Positions 11,886 to 25,188 of a stretch of 63,412 nt of DNA are shown here, one piece after another; position 1 is the stretch's first letter; every line of letters begins with the position of its first letter. This stretch comes from Catajapyx aquilonaris (lineage: Eukaryota). The DNA lies in assembly GCA_000934665.2 (NCBI GenBank), contig KZ538544.1:1-63412 (forward strand), in the 5' to 3' direction. The position numbers were made by a program, and so were the translations under genes. Under the pieces are notes generated by a model. That model was not told the DNA's origin. It saw only the letters and a program-made list of their open reading frames with translations, and searched no databases.

Positions 11886-12675
11886 CTTCGACAGACCGGC
11901 TATGGGATGAGGCAGTCCAGTACCGGGGTCGTTGCCGTTACTAAAATGACACAAAAATATCCAGATATCAAATACTGACCGATTATACTGGCCCCTGACC
12001 CCGTTTATATACACATAATTAGAAAATTCAAGACATTTTAATACATATAGTACTGGAGGGTAATGAACCCCACGCGGAATTTAAACGCATAGCATGTTGC
12101 ATATCAGCGCTAATTCATGTACCCTCAGATGTTTAGCCGGAAAATGAATCAAACGGTCCTGCTAAGTTCGCTAAATGAATAACCGTTGGATATTGGGAAT
12201 GTACCCTGTAGGGCACACAATTTCATGCATAAAGTGCAATGTCGTTTGAATTTTCCGTATAACAGTTTGAAATTCCTCGAGTTCCTTTTTAAGCATGCTT
12301 GCGGGGAAATACTGAGAATTTCCGTCATCACTAATCTCTACTGCTATCTAATAAGTTCACAAACTTCGGGGCCCGAACAAATGATTGATTTAATTTCGTT
12401 TAAAAATAATTTACCGATTCAATTCGCAAAAAAAATAAAATGTGGGAAAATCCGCAAATTTCAAAAACCTGGACCAACCTGGCCACCGCCTTCCGCATCC
12501 CCATCGCCAGAGTCTTTGCCACAATATCCATCACTGATCCAACAAATCACCACAACACTCAAAGATATCCCAGGGAATAACCAGCTCGACCTCAACCCAG
12601 GCCCGACCCCATGGCACACCTGCTGCCCTTACTGCCCGCAACCCCAGTTTATACCCACCGCCCCGGCAAACACCA

Positions 12676-12717
12676 NNNNNNNNNNNNNNNNNNNNNNNNN
12701 NNNNNNNNNNNNNNNNN
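12676..12717. other. Assembly gap (42 N)
   Basis: Run of N, within the presumed Kr-h1 intron. Confidence 1.
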
Positions 12718-12906
12718 CCCCCCCTTTGATTTTAAGAGTTCCTCTCTCCAGCTACGTCACGTGTGGACCCTTCCCTCCTCAGCCCCCAACCGGCCACTAT
12801 CCATGCACTTGCATCTGCGCGCACGAGTTGAGCAAGGTCGGGGAGTCCCTAACGACTAGCATTGCCACCGCTAGTTTTTACTACCTGTTTGCTCTCACCG
12901 ACTTAC

Positions 12907-13043
12907 TTTTTGCCTCATGACTTACTTTTAGATTTAGGCGCGCTGATCGAATCAAGTACTGCGCGCTTTGAATCATGTTTATTACATCCGTGATAACTGA
13001 TGACCTCCCTAACCAAATAGTCAATAAGCCCGTCCTTTATATA
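12907..13043 (-). promoter_or_regulatory. Candidate Kr-h1 core promoter and short first exon
   Basis: Minus strand: TATATAAA (13043-13036), Inr-like TCAGTT (13000-12995), and two consensus donors AAA|GTAAGT (exon ending at 12926 or 12907). The TATA-Inr spacing (~43 nt) is longer than canonical. Confidence 0.45.
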
Positions 13044-13487
13044 CAACTGCAGAAGGTTCTGGTTCATTACTCGTTGCAAAACTGATATTATACATAACAG
13101 CAAATTGTTCAAAATTAGCCATTTTATTGGCTGTGCATGGGAGCGATTATTGCATAATATTAATTGTAGAATTCAAGTGAAAATTGTAGGCAACTGCCAT
13201 GCTGTTTTTCAACTGTCGATTCAATAGCCAAAAACTGCAGTACAATAAAATTTTTTTTAAAAAAAATAAGTAAACTCTCGAAAATCCCCCCCTCTCTATG
13301 CAATCCTCCTGTTGTGTCTCCCCCCCACCCCTTGGAGCGGTTGTTTCGCATGAACTCTTTGGTATATGCATGGGTGTGCGTCAGAGGAGAACAAGGCGTG
13401 GAGGCGATGGTAGCCGGTTTCTCCCTTCCTCTATCGCCCCACGTCCTTGAGCCCATTGCCAGCCCATAGGAAACCATGCCAACTGCA

Positions 13488-13516
13488 AAACCCTGTCCCA
13501 TCGCCTCCACGTGGAG
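13488..13516. promoter_or_regulatory. JH response element-like E-box (GCCTCCACGTG)
   Basis: TCGCCTCCACGTGGAG matches the GGCCTCCACGTG-type Met/Taiman JHRE known upstream of insect Kr-h1 genes. It lies ~0.5 kb upstream of the candidate promoter. Confidence 0.65.
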
Positions 13517-14031
13517 CTGCCGAGTTTTTTGTGACGATCGCCGACCTCGTGTAACTGCGGCCCTGCACACAGCACCACAACCTCTAACTTTCTCCCCCTA
13601 TCCCTCCCATTCTCACCCCCCTCTTGTACACCCACCCTGCCAGCCTTCCCCTACCCAAATGCGCCTGTGCCGATTAAAAACATATTTTTTCCCGGATTTT
13701 TTGAGATGGGGTGATTTATGACTAGATACATTATATTTGATGTACCGTGTGTTTCATGTACCCAGAATATATATTCAGAATATATATTCAGGTGCGGGTT
13801 TTTTTTTTCAAGAGGGGGAGGAGAGGGTGACAGGTTGGGTTTTTTTTGGGTTAGGGTGCGGGTAGGGTCTAAAGAGGGTTAGGGTCATTTTTTGAGGGGT
13901 TGGGTACTATGCAAGGTGCGTAAGATTTGGTATGGAGGTGAAGGTGCGGATTCAAGTTGGGATAGGTCAGGATGAGGCGCACTTGAAAGGAAACGGGTCT
14001 TATTATTGGCAAACATCTGATAGTGGGAATT

Positions 14032-14439
14032 GCAAAATTTTGGGAGTTTGACTAATCAGTGAGGGCAAAATGCGCAAGGATGTTGCTGATACTACGTAAA
14101 TTTTGGAAAAGTCGAGCAAATTTTACAAATTAGCTCAGGGATGCACTAATATTAATTTTTAAGTAGTATTAGCATGCAATTTTTGTCCTACCAGAGTAAC
14201 GAGCAAATTGATGAAAAATTTCGCAAAATTTTGGGAGTTTGACTTATCAGTGAGGGCAAGATGAGCAATTTTTGACAATTGAATGGTAAGGATGTTGCTG
14301 ATACTACGTAAATTTAGGAAAAGTCGAGCAAATTTTACAAATTAGCTCAGGGATGCATTAATATAAATTTTTTAATTAGTATTAGCATGCAATTTTTGTC
14401 CTACCAGAGTAACGAGCAAATTGATGAAAAATTTCGCAA
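14032..14439. repeat. Tandem duplication of a ~190-210 bp unit
   Basis: Unit 1 (14032-14222) and unit 2 (14223-14435) both start GCAAAATTTTGGGAGTTTGACT and end GCAAATTGATGAAAAATTTC. Unit 2 has a ~22-bp insertion. Confidence 0.9.
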
Positions 14440-14959
14440 TAAGTACATAAGTTAATTACAGGCCCCGATTACGTCACGTCATATAGTAACACCTTCCAAA
14501 AAAACTCTGAAGAAACCCAATAATATCCATGCAATTCCATTAAATTTAAAATATAGTAACCGGAACAAACCGGTACCTACCACAATAGTTCGTGCAGTAG
14601 AGTGCAGCAGGTGATTCTCTACGTCATAATTTGGACCCAGGTAAGGTCACTCTTGTCCAAAAAATCACCTCCAAAAAATAACCACTTCACAATTCCACCA
14701 GGACGTTTCCACTCCCGGAAAATCAACCGTTACGGTGTCTATCTATACGGAATAAACCCGGAATACAACCGAGTCGGTGTTGACGTACAGTAGGAATCTG
14801 AACGGGCGTATTGCGCTACCCGGCCCCTCACTGTGAATTAGGGGCTGAAACTTCCACCCTCCCCACCCCCACTCCCGGCTGATTTCCCCCTCCCTACCCC
14901 CCCGCCTTGCTCAATGCTGTAGGAACGACCTACAATGGCTGGTAACGCATTTACTGGCC

Positions 14960-14988
14960 GCACGTGGAGGCGATGGCGTAGGGTTTTT
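14960..14988. promoter_or_regulatory. JH response element-like E-box, second copy (inverted)
   Basis: GCACGTGGAGGCGATGG is the reverse complement of CCATCGCCTCCACGTGC, the same 16-mer as at 13498-13513. Confidence 0.6.
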
Positions 14989-17900
14989 CGTTAGAGAGCC
15001 GCGCGTGCAAGGGGCTGGGGAGGGGAACTGGTGGTGGGGGAGTGGGAAGGGGAGGAAAAGAGCGACGATCGTTCACATAATCGTATGTGGATGGGGAGGA
15101 AAAAAATGTCATAGGACAACATTGACACCTGTCCTCGAATGGGTCAAGAATTATGATTGATTGTATGGAACAATTGGAAGCCNGGGGGGGGAAAGTGATG
15201 GGTGTGAGAATTGTATTTTCTTAGCGTGAGTTTTCCAAAATAAGATGCACCGCCTAGGGAAATTTATGAAGGATTTAAGGCGTTGCACGGGCGTTTTTAA
15301 AAGGCTATTTTTTTTTACTAACGGTACTTGCATCGATTGTTTAAAATAATATTAGCGGACCTGTTATCCAACAACACGTGTCGTAAGTAGGTCGCAATTT
15401 TACGACGTCTTCTTACGCTCTCCTTTGTAGTCAATTGGATAGATTAAGTAGGTTAAGATATGACCATATGCGATTACCAAGTGTGGGTCAAAATCCATTG
15501 ACCATACGTATCTTACACCCTGTGCATTTTCATATCGCAGAAACAAAGGCCGGAAAATGCCTGTACATTTAATGGGTTGTGCATCAACTTAAAACAACTT
15601 GCGCTACGTCATATAATCAGTAAGACCATGCCCGATGCAAGTTCAATGATCCGAATGATTAAACGACGTCACGCGCCTCATTTTGAGTCAATAAGTACAT
15701 ATATCCATCGACAAGTGGCGAATAATTTCGACCCCATCTTCCTGCCCAACTTTCATCGTCTCCACGTGTCGCCGTTTTTTTCGGAACCGATTTTTTTTTT
15801 GTGGGGGTCCACGACGACCTGGATTAAGGTTGGAGCTTGGAAATAATCCCGAGGGAATGATAGCCCGTTCTATAGTTGGGGGGTCAACTGGAATTTTTTG
15901 GCGTCCTCATTATTTTTGGCATTGAAAACAGCCTCCTTTGACCTCGTCTAGTTTGATGAACCTACCCAAAGGGTAGTTTCCGTTCGCCTATACATCCGTA
16001 TACAGCTAGAAAGGTGGTGGGGGGGGGGGGGNGTCAATGAAACACTGAACCCGAGTCCGGTTGCGCAGATAAGACTCCACGTGCAGAGCGAGAAACCCTA
16101 TCCCGTCGCCTGCACGAATGGGTTAACCTTTTAAATCTTGCGCCCTTTAGGAGATGGCTATTTTAGCGCCCCCCCCCCCCTCCTCCACCATCTCATCTTC
16201 TGACTGAAGGTGAAGAGTAGGGGCACAAGGTCAACTTAACTACCTATGTCTTGTATATCTTCATAGACCCCTCCCCACCCACTCATGGCTAGCCTTTTAT
16301 TCCTATGCCAAAACCATGACCAGGCTTAAGGAAACGAGTGGTCTCAGGGTAATCCCAAGGTTCTAATCCTTATCTATTTTTGGGATAGATAACTTGAATA
16401 GACTGGCGTGCGGAGGGGGGTGGGGGGTTGCGCTTGATTGGGTTATCGTGTCTACACTACATTGTCGTTATGCAGGCTTCACCTTCAGCTGTCCGGTTGC
16501 TACAATGTTTGCTACTACAGGTGCACTGTAGACACGCTATAGTACCTGTACAGTGTGCCCAGGACAATGGGACCAGCTTTAGGAACTGGAAGCAGTAGTG
16601 CAGGTCATAAAGAAGGGCACGAGTGACATGAACTAATTTATTGCATTATGTTGTAATAAGCACGAAAATTCGGAGCGTGGTTATGAAATTAATAGAAATC
16701 GAGAATCACTTCATTTATGGGGTGAAACTTGCTAGTTTTAAGGGCCATGTTGTATAGCGCATTTTTTTTATAGCAATAACTATTCCTGGTTCCGTACATT
16801 ATCCGCCTGTGGTATAGTCACGGCGATTTTCAGCTTTTTAAACTACCTTCATGACATGATGTCACGCAGAGTCACGCAGGGCTACTTCCCCCTTCCAAAC
16901 GGACATCGCCGTTTTGTAGAATCATCGCAACTTTCATTTTTCACGGCTCTAAAAAAAAGTGAGTTTTTCCCAGTGGCTGCAACACCCTCTAGCGACACGA
17001 ATATGGAAATATTCGCAAGTATTTACGCCGAATCTTTCGTGCTATCAGCCATAATCATACACAACAATTGGCATGTAAAAGAACCGCTTTCTCTAGCGGC
17101 TGATGTAATCGCAATAAAGTACAGAGTGCTACATAGTACCACCCCGAAATTTCTGAAAGGCCAAAGAGCATCCCTGCACTTGAACCCGCAGCTATTGATT
17201 GGTCGCGCAAGTGCTTCTCCGTCCTTGGTTTACCCTGACCTTGGTGACCCCGCGCCGCTTCCGTCCCAGCCAACGCAACCTGACACACACCGAGCAAACG
17301 ACCGTCCTTGCCGCCCGGGGTCAACTATCGTCCTCCGTACAGTACTTGGCTACACATCGCTGTACACAAAACAATGACCGGAGTCTAGCTAATTTATGAC
17401 CACTTTTTTTTGCATTACCCACTCTGCAAAAACACGCAGATTCGCACCATATGTACTGGAAAAAAATGGCCTTGATCCTTAGCACGAGGACAGATCTTGT
17501 GCAAGTGCACACACTCCAGAATGGATTGTCAGTGCCAAGGTCAAGGTGCGGAATTGCGAACCGGATTGGAGGTCGTATGTACATGGCCTAGTGTTCCATA
17601 AACAGGCGACCAGCTGTCGATAGGATCTTGTCGCCCTGCTGAGGATGCATAATGCATTGTATGTCTGAGACACACTGTCGATAGCGAACGGGACCGAAGT
17701 TGCAGGCAGTTTGTCCAATACCAAAAAAGGCTCAGTTATCTACCAGTTGCACAAACATGATAAGTATCAGATTCTCAGATAACACGTTTTTTTAAAAAAA
17801 TAATAATAATAATTTTAATTTTTAAATGGAACATGCCATATAGTACAACTAAACTAGTCCTGTATTCGGGTAGAACCAGTACCGCCAAAGTGGTGCACTG

Positions 17901-20900
17901 TCAAGGAGAAGGACGTCCAGTTTTTTCGCGTAACCCTTTTCGCAAAATGTGACCTCCGCAAGTGGTAGCATCCACGTGCTGGAGGCGGAGCATCGTTTAG
18001 TTGGGGTTAACGGAAGAGCATTCGATCCGACGCGTATATTCCGGAAGCACTGCCTTGACCTTATACAAAAGGGAATTTCCACCAATACCTGCTTACGTGC
18101 GCCTTACGCAACCCTTATTAGAAACAAAACTGCTTCATACTGCTTATTACCAGTGCGTTAAACGTTCGTCATTGCAAAGGAGAAAAGGGTTAAGAAAAGG
18201 TGAGGCTCAAATCTCAGCATACCCTCGGGGTTATAACCGTAAACCCAGACGGCAGCCATAATCCTTTCCAAAATGGGGTCAACCCTTTTTTTTTCAAGAG
18301 GGTGGTCCATTTTTTTGTGACCCCCCCCTAAGGCGTGGGGCTATTTTTGGGCGGAATCTTAAGATTTTTTTTTCTGGGTTCAGTGGCGGGAGAGGAATAA
18401 TTGTGCCCCGGATTTTTAGGGGGTTAACAGTAAAGAGGGTTGACTCGGGTTGGGCGGGTTCCCTGTCAGAGGGCACCGTGTTTGGGTGATGTGGCTTCAG
18501 GAGAGTCAACAGAAGGGATTATTGGGGAAGTCATTCATATCTGATGAAGGGTACCGTTAAGGAAGAGGGTTGAAGTCCGGCTTCTTAAAAAAAAGGGGTG
18601 CAAAGATATTTGGGAGAAAAATTATATATCAAAAAAGAGAGTTCGTGATACGGGCAATTTTGAGCTTGGTGGCATAGGAGCAATAAAAGGGCTGTCATTA
18701 TTTTTGAAGGGTTGAGAGGGTCCGTTTTTGGGTCCGGAATTTTGAGCCTGCTTATCATGTATCATGCACTTTGGATGTAATAATTGGGTTTAGAGCTGAC
18801 TCGTATTTCAGAACTACCGTTAAAAAACAGACACACAATATTGGGTATTGTTGCGGCTCTTTTTTTAATCGGGTGTAACAATTTCAATTATGGGGTTATG
18901 TTCCAGTTCGGTGCTTAGTTTGTTCCCCCCAGAATCTGGCAGAATGGAGCGGAAGCGTGGGACAAAAGTTGTAAGAAACAAACCAAGTGCCTTTATTATA
19001 GTTTAATTTCACCACTGGGTCTGTATAAATACTTCCGTCGTGCATTCTTGGGATTGGAAATAAATGTGGGTGGACACGTGCAGGCAATTTATCAGAACTT
19101 GCTGAATTGTATACCCTGTAATGAGCTTGTTGACGTTTCTTGTTAACGTACTTGTCTAATGCACCCCATCTATTACCCATACCTTACAATGTAGGCATAA
19201 TGGAGGAAGCCATTTGGTATTTTTGACAATGCATTTATCAACTCCAACGTTGCATCTTGGGCAGCAAAAAATTAATTGATTAAATTAATTCGAATATCAA
19301 CATTTCCATCTAAGAAAGTCTGGAAAGCAAGTGCTTTCGAGATGACATGCAAATTGCAGTTCTGTGCAGTAGAAAAATATTATTCTTTCGTTACATGCAA
19401 AACAGCCTCATTTACAAGGCTGGCGTTGCAAAACCTCCCAGACTATATTATACTATATTTCTGTGTATCATATACAGTATATGACCGTGATCGAATCCTA
19501 CAAATAAATTGCTCGCATAAATTTTTGGAACTCAGACGTGCAAAGTGCAATTCTTGAGTGGGATTAAAAAAAATCCAGCAACAATAATAATAATTATTAG
19601 GGAAAAGTACCTGCTAGTGATCTATTCTAAATCTGCCGCCACAGTATATCGTCTTAGGAAGAAAAAAAGGGGAGGGGGGGGGGGGCAGAAATGTACTCAG
19701 CAGGAAACTAATCTCTTTATGAAAACTCGACTTCGTAAACTAAGCTTCAGCCTGAACAGACACAATTGACGTAAAACGTTAAAAGCTCAAGGGCGTAAAT
19801 ATGTGAATGGCACATGAATGCCCCACATTCCAGAAATAGAAATATTTATTAGTTATTAATATGTAGTCGAAGCAGATAGCACCCTCCATTTATTTATTTA
19901 TTTTTGCAGCTATTTACATTCTGACATTTGCATGTCATCCTCCAGAACAATATGTTGCAAGACGTACGGTATCTCTGATGTTTTTTAATCACATGCAAAT
20001 GGCAACAATAATAAACGTCGCAAAAAAAAGGATCCATCATCGTGCCATACCAAGCAAAATCCGCGTTACTTATTCCCACGCGAAACAAAGTGTTGAAAAA
20101 GTAAAAAAGTCGACATTCCCACGACTACCTGCAACTACACATGCAAAAAGTCCCTGCACAATAATTACACATACATCCAAAAAGGCGTAGTTATTACCTA
20201 CTTCAATGCCATTTAAGAAGAAAAAAATTGTTGATAAACGGCACAGGTAACATGACTGCGGGTGCAAGGTCAGCCTTTGGTTACGCAATGTTGCACATAC
20301 ACTTGCATGATGAGTGGCATCGGCCATCACATGCCAGCCCTACACACACTGGGGGTATTGAAGCGAAAAAGAGATTAGGTTGTCCCCACAGGATAAGTAG
20401 GAAAAAGAGACCTTGTAATCATTATAGGTTGGCCGGAGAGAGAAAACCTTGAGTGGGGTTGAGTCTAAGGTGGGATCTCCCCAAGACCTTGAGAGGGCAA
20501 GTCGATCGTTTGGAAACCAGGTCCCCTTTCCCTCCTTGGTTGCATCACGCCCAACTTACATCGGGACTAGCTTTCCAAACGGAAGTGCGGATCGACGGGG
20601 CAGATAAGGGAAGCTAATTTGGACCTACATTTTAGCCCACCCTGTCCCATTATGCGCCAAAAAAGGAGGGGATTGGAAATGCTGAGGGAGAAAATGGGAC
20701 TTGCTGTTCCAATCCCGGCAGTTTACTGGGTACATGACTTTATTTTATGTTGGTTGTAATTAAGCAGTGCGTGATTCTTAGTACGTGCAGCGCGTGCAAG
20801 TACATAGATAAGAATCAAGGTCAGCACTGGAAAGTTTATCCTAGGGTACTATGCAACCTAAGAGCCTCTTCTGAATTGCAGCGCGGTGGGATTCGCAGGC

Positions 20901-23900
20901 GCAAATATGCCACACCGCAATATTAGGCTAGAACCATGCCAAATATTCTTAACATTTTGAACTAATTAATACAACAATTGAATATTTATTGCAAATGTAG
21001 TTTTAATATTTTCGACCAGATGGCTCGCAATTTATTGATTAGATGGTATGCTATTTACGGAAATTTCACCTGCTGCGTGTCCACACCATGACGTAACGCA
21101 TTACATGTAAACGACCTCCCCCATGATATACCGCACTCTTTACAGCCCCAGAAAAACACATGATTGATTGTGGATTGTTGTTCCGGCGCGTATCTCGGAA
21201 ACTATGTGCGTGTATCGATTCAGAGTGTAATTAACAGTTTGGAGGTTCTATTTGGGCAGCCCCAACTCGTTAGACCCGGCCTCACGCAATTGCGTCGTAT
21301 CCCCCTAGCGCGCTGCTTTTGAAATGGGAATGAGTACCCTGCATTAAGTCCACGAATCTCGCAGAATGCGTGCAGAGTACACGTATAATTATGCATGTGG
21401 GGGCATTTGGAACACAAATGAGGAGTGAATGACGAAGGGCGGCTCTTGAAAGGGGGGGGGGGGNATGTAGGCAGCGCATGCGTTTGGAGTTTTCGGGGGG
21501 GATGACCGCTTTATTATTTGGCTTCTGTTCTTGCGCCACCGTCAATACCGATGGCACGTGTAAATCGGCCCCTCGTGCCGCACACACAAAAAAAAGGATG
21601 CCGCATTTTGGGAGAACAGCGACGGAAAAACGTCGAATTTTGGACCTACACGCCACGGCGCGCCGGTACAAAATTCGACGTTTTTTCATATATAAAATGC
21701 CCTTGGTATTAAATTTTTGAGCTGTATTTAAGATAACTTTTTTTTTGTAATTAGCTTACGCATTATAGCCTGTAACAATAGGGTTCGGTCACAGAGGCTT
21801 ACGTAATGACAAAAGGGTTGGAAGTAGGGTAACTTTCTCCATGCTGGTGAAAGGCCAAGGGTAGGAAAAGTGGGACTTGCTATATGAGCTGACCTTGAGC
21901 TCCCTGCCCAAAACAAACGGGCCGGAACTACTAACAAGGGCGTACTATCGGAACTATATAAGTGTTAATGAGGCGGAAATGTTTGGGCGAGGCCGGTTTT
22001 TTGATGCCAAGCCTGGTATACCATGCCCCGCACCTCTGCTCCCAGAGTTGGCCGTGGCGAAGCTTCCTGTGGCCCTCTTCGTAAAAAAAAAAAAAAAAAT
22101 GTCGACAAAAAATTATGAGGTTGACGTGGGAGTGACCTCTCGAATCGGGCGGCACGAGGCAGGAAAAGGTTCGGCCGAATAGCACTAAGCCGACAAGTTC
22201 ACACATTCGTAAATGCCAAAAAAGTGAAACGGAAGGAGAAAGTGCACTTGTCCTAAATACTCGGCCTTGACTTTTTGGCGCGGAAGTGGTTATGTCGGCG
22301 GAAAATTAATTCGCGTATCCGATTTGGCAACTTTGCTGTTTCTGAAAAGGAGAACGAACTGGAGTAATCAATAGAAGCTCCACGCGCCGAGCAATGGTAT
22401 TACTCCACCCATATATACACAGTAGGTACAATGTTTCACGTGGAACAGAAGTGGGTGTTAGCAACTGGGGGATTGTAATACAACGGACACGTGCGACACG
22501 TGTCGCGTGTCGAATGTCATATCGACTCCCAATCTTAGGGGGTTTCCTAGGTCACCCTCCTCCCACCTTCCAGGCTGTGGGTATAGCAAGTTCCGTTTAC
22601 TTTACAGCCAGAACTATATGATACGTATAAAAAATAGTTTATTAATATAATAAAAATAAATTAACCGTCATTTGGCGAAATTTTTGTGACAGATTGTACC
22701 AGCTACCAAAGAGGTCAAGAGTGTCCATTCTGATGAGAAAGGGTTCTCCATAGTTTTCCAAATCCGCAATCAGGCCCTGTTATTTTCCCCCCTTTTTTTG
22801 TGTCGCTTCCTTCTCCCCTGGCCATTAAAACGCCGGGTTCGATGTCAGGTCGGGGTCGAATAGAGGGGGGGAAAAAGCGTGAAAAAAAGTATTCCACGTG
22901 TACGCGGAAGGGGAGTGGTAGGGGTGGGTAAAAAGAGAGGGGGTTGAGGTCTGAACCCGCGCAAGGTCATCCGCCTCGATCCTCTCCTCCACGTGCAGGG
23001 TTAAGCGGGGGGGGGAAGGGGGGGGGGGGAGGATGGAATTATTTGGGGCTGGTACACCATCCCTTGGATTGGTCGGGTCATCGGCCTCTTTGGGGGAGGC
23101 CATTTGCCATGGGTGCGCCATCTTGGAGGCGCACATGCCCAGGCTGTCAGGATGGGGGTGACGTAATAACCGATTGTCCACCCTTTAGGAATATGCATAC
23201 AAAAAGGAAGAGAGGGGGGGTTACGAAATTTTAGGTGCAGATGTTCCAAATTATGTGATACAAGATGGCCGTTTGTAGGGTCTGTTGTTACAAGACCTAC
23301 ATATTCACAGTACAAAATTTGAGATATTATTCCGAGACAATTATATAAGCCTAAAATATTGTTGTCCTGTAATTTACCAGAAGGACCGTGTGGTGCAGAT
23401 GTAGGAAACAATGTAGTGTGTATCAGCAGGATACTTTGGCCTAATGCAATATTGCTGTTGTGGGGTTTTTTTTTCCGGTGGTGTAGAAAGTGCAGGGGTA
23501 TTTTTAACCCACCATGAGGTTATTGTTGTCGTAAGAGCATGAGTAATTAATCAGATTCCACGAGCGGATGCTGCCCAGTAAATGACAATGGAGACAAAGA
23601 AGGTTTAGCATACTTATAAAACCTGGTTACCTACCCCCCCCCTCCCCTCCCCTCCCCTCCAGTATATAGTTAGTCAGATCCGACCTTCGTCCAGATTCAG
23701 GTGTGCCTGATTGCGTAAGGAAAAACGAGGTCTCCCCTCGGAGTTTTTGGGGACAAGGAATCTGTTTTTCCACGGGAGAAACTCTTCCACGTGGAAGAAC
23801 CTTCGTCCTTGAAGAGGATAGATAGGTGGACCATACCTGTTGAGGGTGACGGTTTTTTTTCCCCCCTTTCAAACACTAGTAACGAACCAATCGGGATCTA

Positions 23901-24393
23901 ATCGGCATTTGGGTGCCTACTTTTGACATATCCAGAGGTCTCAATCTAAAAATACAGAATGCCAGCCTGAGCCAAGGGCAGACATCAAGGAAGTGCGCCA
24001 GTTGACAAATCCATTGCCAATTGACGCCCATTCCGACACAGCCAGGGCAATAATTAAGATGGGTGTGTGGGGGTGGAGGGGGTGTGGAATTAGGCGCAGC
24101 ATGGGCCAAGACGGCGGTCCTTGAGATGTGTTTGCTTTGAAACGTTATGTGGCCTGATTTCCTCGCCGTTTTGGAGTCACACACGTGTCTGACTCTGGAG
24201 GGGCGGATCCGATACCTACAGGGTTCAGGAGGGTTCATACGGACGTCGTTGTCTTTGGATTTGTGCAGTTGTTGGGATCCGACAATCAGGAAGTAGACAC
24301 GCTTGAATAATTATGAAATTCGAATTTTTAATTAGAACTTATATACGAGCATTTTATGCAAAATATACTGTAAATAGAACAACAATTTGAGTA

Positions 24394-24709
24394 CAGTATG
24401 TAGAACCCCGTTTATTCAACCTCGGATTATCCGACCGTCCCGCTCCAGCAATAGATGTATGTTTTCTCATCGAATACTGTAATGCAGACCTACTAATCAT
24501 TTGTTTTGTATTGCCCCAGTTAAAATAGTGTGTACGTAAAAGATAAATACTCATTTATTTCTTAGAAAGGCTTATAATATTGTACATCATTTCATGGTTT
24601 TTAAAAATGCCTTTTGTGTGTGTTTTCCGTGGCTCCTCGGATTATACTACCTTTTCTGTTATCCGACAATGCCCCAGTCCCTTGGGTGATGGATAATCGA
24701 GTTCTACTG
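24394..24709. mobile_element. Degraded Tigger/pogo-like MITE
   Basis: Left end CAGTATGTAGAACCCCGTTTATTC, right end GGATAATCGAGTTCTACTG, with internal TTATCCGAC subterminal repeats. Confidence 0.5.
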
Positions 24710-25188
24710 CAGTATAGTATTTGATTTAGACAAAGGCCCAAAATGAAATAAAATCGGCTTACTCCATATCAATAAAAGACCCCATGTTTTCAGCGCTTAG
24801 TTTACGAGCAAACACAGATTAATTGATATCATGTAATGTAATTAAATACTGTACAAGGGGGAAAAAAAGTGCTACCATTTTCTGGCCTTTTGCGATTATA
24901 TACCAACGGCGTTTCAGGCGTAAAACGCGTCGGAAAAACCTCGCAAGAACTCATTGTCGTAAACAGCATTCCATTCCGAATTCAATTTACTGTCATGCAC
25001 TTGCGTAGGAGTGTGTCCAGGGTCAAATTCGCCCAATTTTTACATTCCGAAAATAGGAATTTCCAGGAAACGCGGATGTTTTTGTCCTCTCCCTTTTCCT
25101 AGAATCACACTGTAGCCAAACATATCGTTTATCCCTGCGACGGTTGCGTCTGTTTTCTCCTGCTAACTAGCCTGTTAATTAGACGGTA

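Noticed and set aside
10107..12014. Calling the zinc-finger gene Kruppel (Kr), or using the full 635-aa ORF
   Set aside because: The eight-finger sequence and the LPxRKR/SVIQYA motifs are those of Kr-h1. The first ~24 codons lie upstream of a clear splice acceptor.
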